A stretch of 63,936 nt of DNA, the filler included, from Octopus bimaculoides (taxonomy: Eukaryota): the NCBI RefSeq assembly GCF_001194135.2. It is 15 parts of 10 records of this genome, joined end to end, with 100 filler letters (N's around TTAATTAATTAA, not from the genome) between each part and the next. Parts side by side here need not be neighbours in the genome. Positions count along the whole stretch, not along the records: positions 62,911 to 63,936 come from NC_068998.1; 14 more parts are not named here. The stretch is one strand, 5' to 3'. Under the pieces are notes generated by a model. That model worked only from the letters and a program-made list of their open reading frames with translations, did no database searches and was not told the DNA's origin. Below, in pieces: positions 63,879 to 63,936 of the stretch. The translations under genes were made by a program, and so were the position numbers. Each line of letters opens with the position of its first letter. Within the stretch, counting starts at the first letter, position 1.

Positions 63879-63936
<58 letters not shown>

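Overview
AT-rich, microsatellite-dense animal DNA with many N gaps. The repeat families and style suggest a coleoid cephalopod (Octopus-like); this is inference. Nearly all ORFs in the track are low-complexity or transposon-derived. Two host genes are visible. (1) Minus strand: two exons missed by the ORF track (49057-48945, 48192-48106) splice in frame into a clearly recognisable but strongly divergent glutamate-cysteine ligase catalytic subunit (GCLC) segment. (2) Plus strand: one phase 1-1 immunoglobulin-domain exon (44629-44886), 3.2 kb away and pointing towards the GCLC-like exons. The rest is layered mobile DNA: three Tx1/L1-clade pieces, several Dong/R4-type REL retrotransposon pieces, RTE and Penelope relics, a full-length decayed DD36E Tc1, two DD37D/maT copies, a mariner, MITEs with clear TSDs, Helentron-like HINEs and at least three SINE families. 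Many retroelement junctions fall in (AAT)n, (ATC)n or (TACA)n microsatellites. Repeat coordinates are approximate unless TIRs, TSDs or splice sites are quoted. Family assignments come from motifs recalled from memory; no database search was run.
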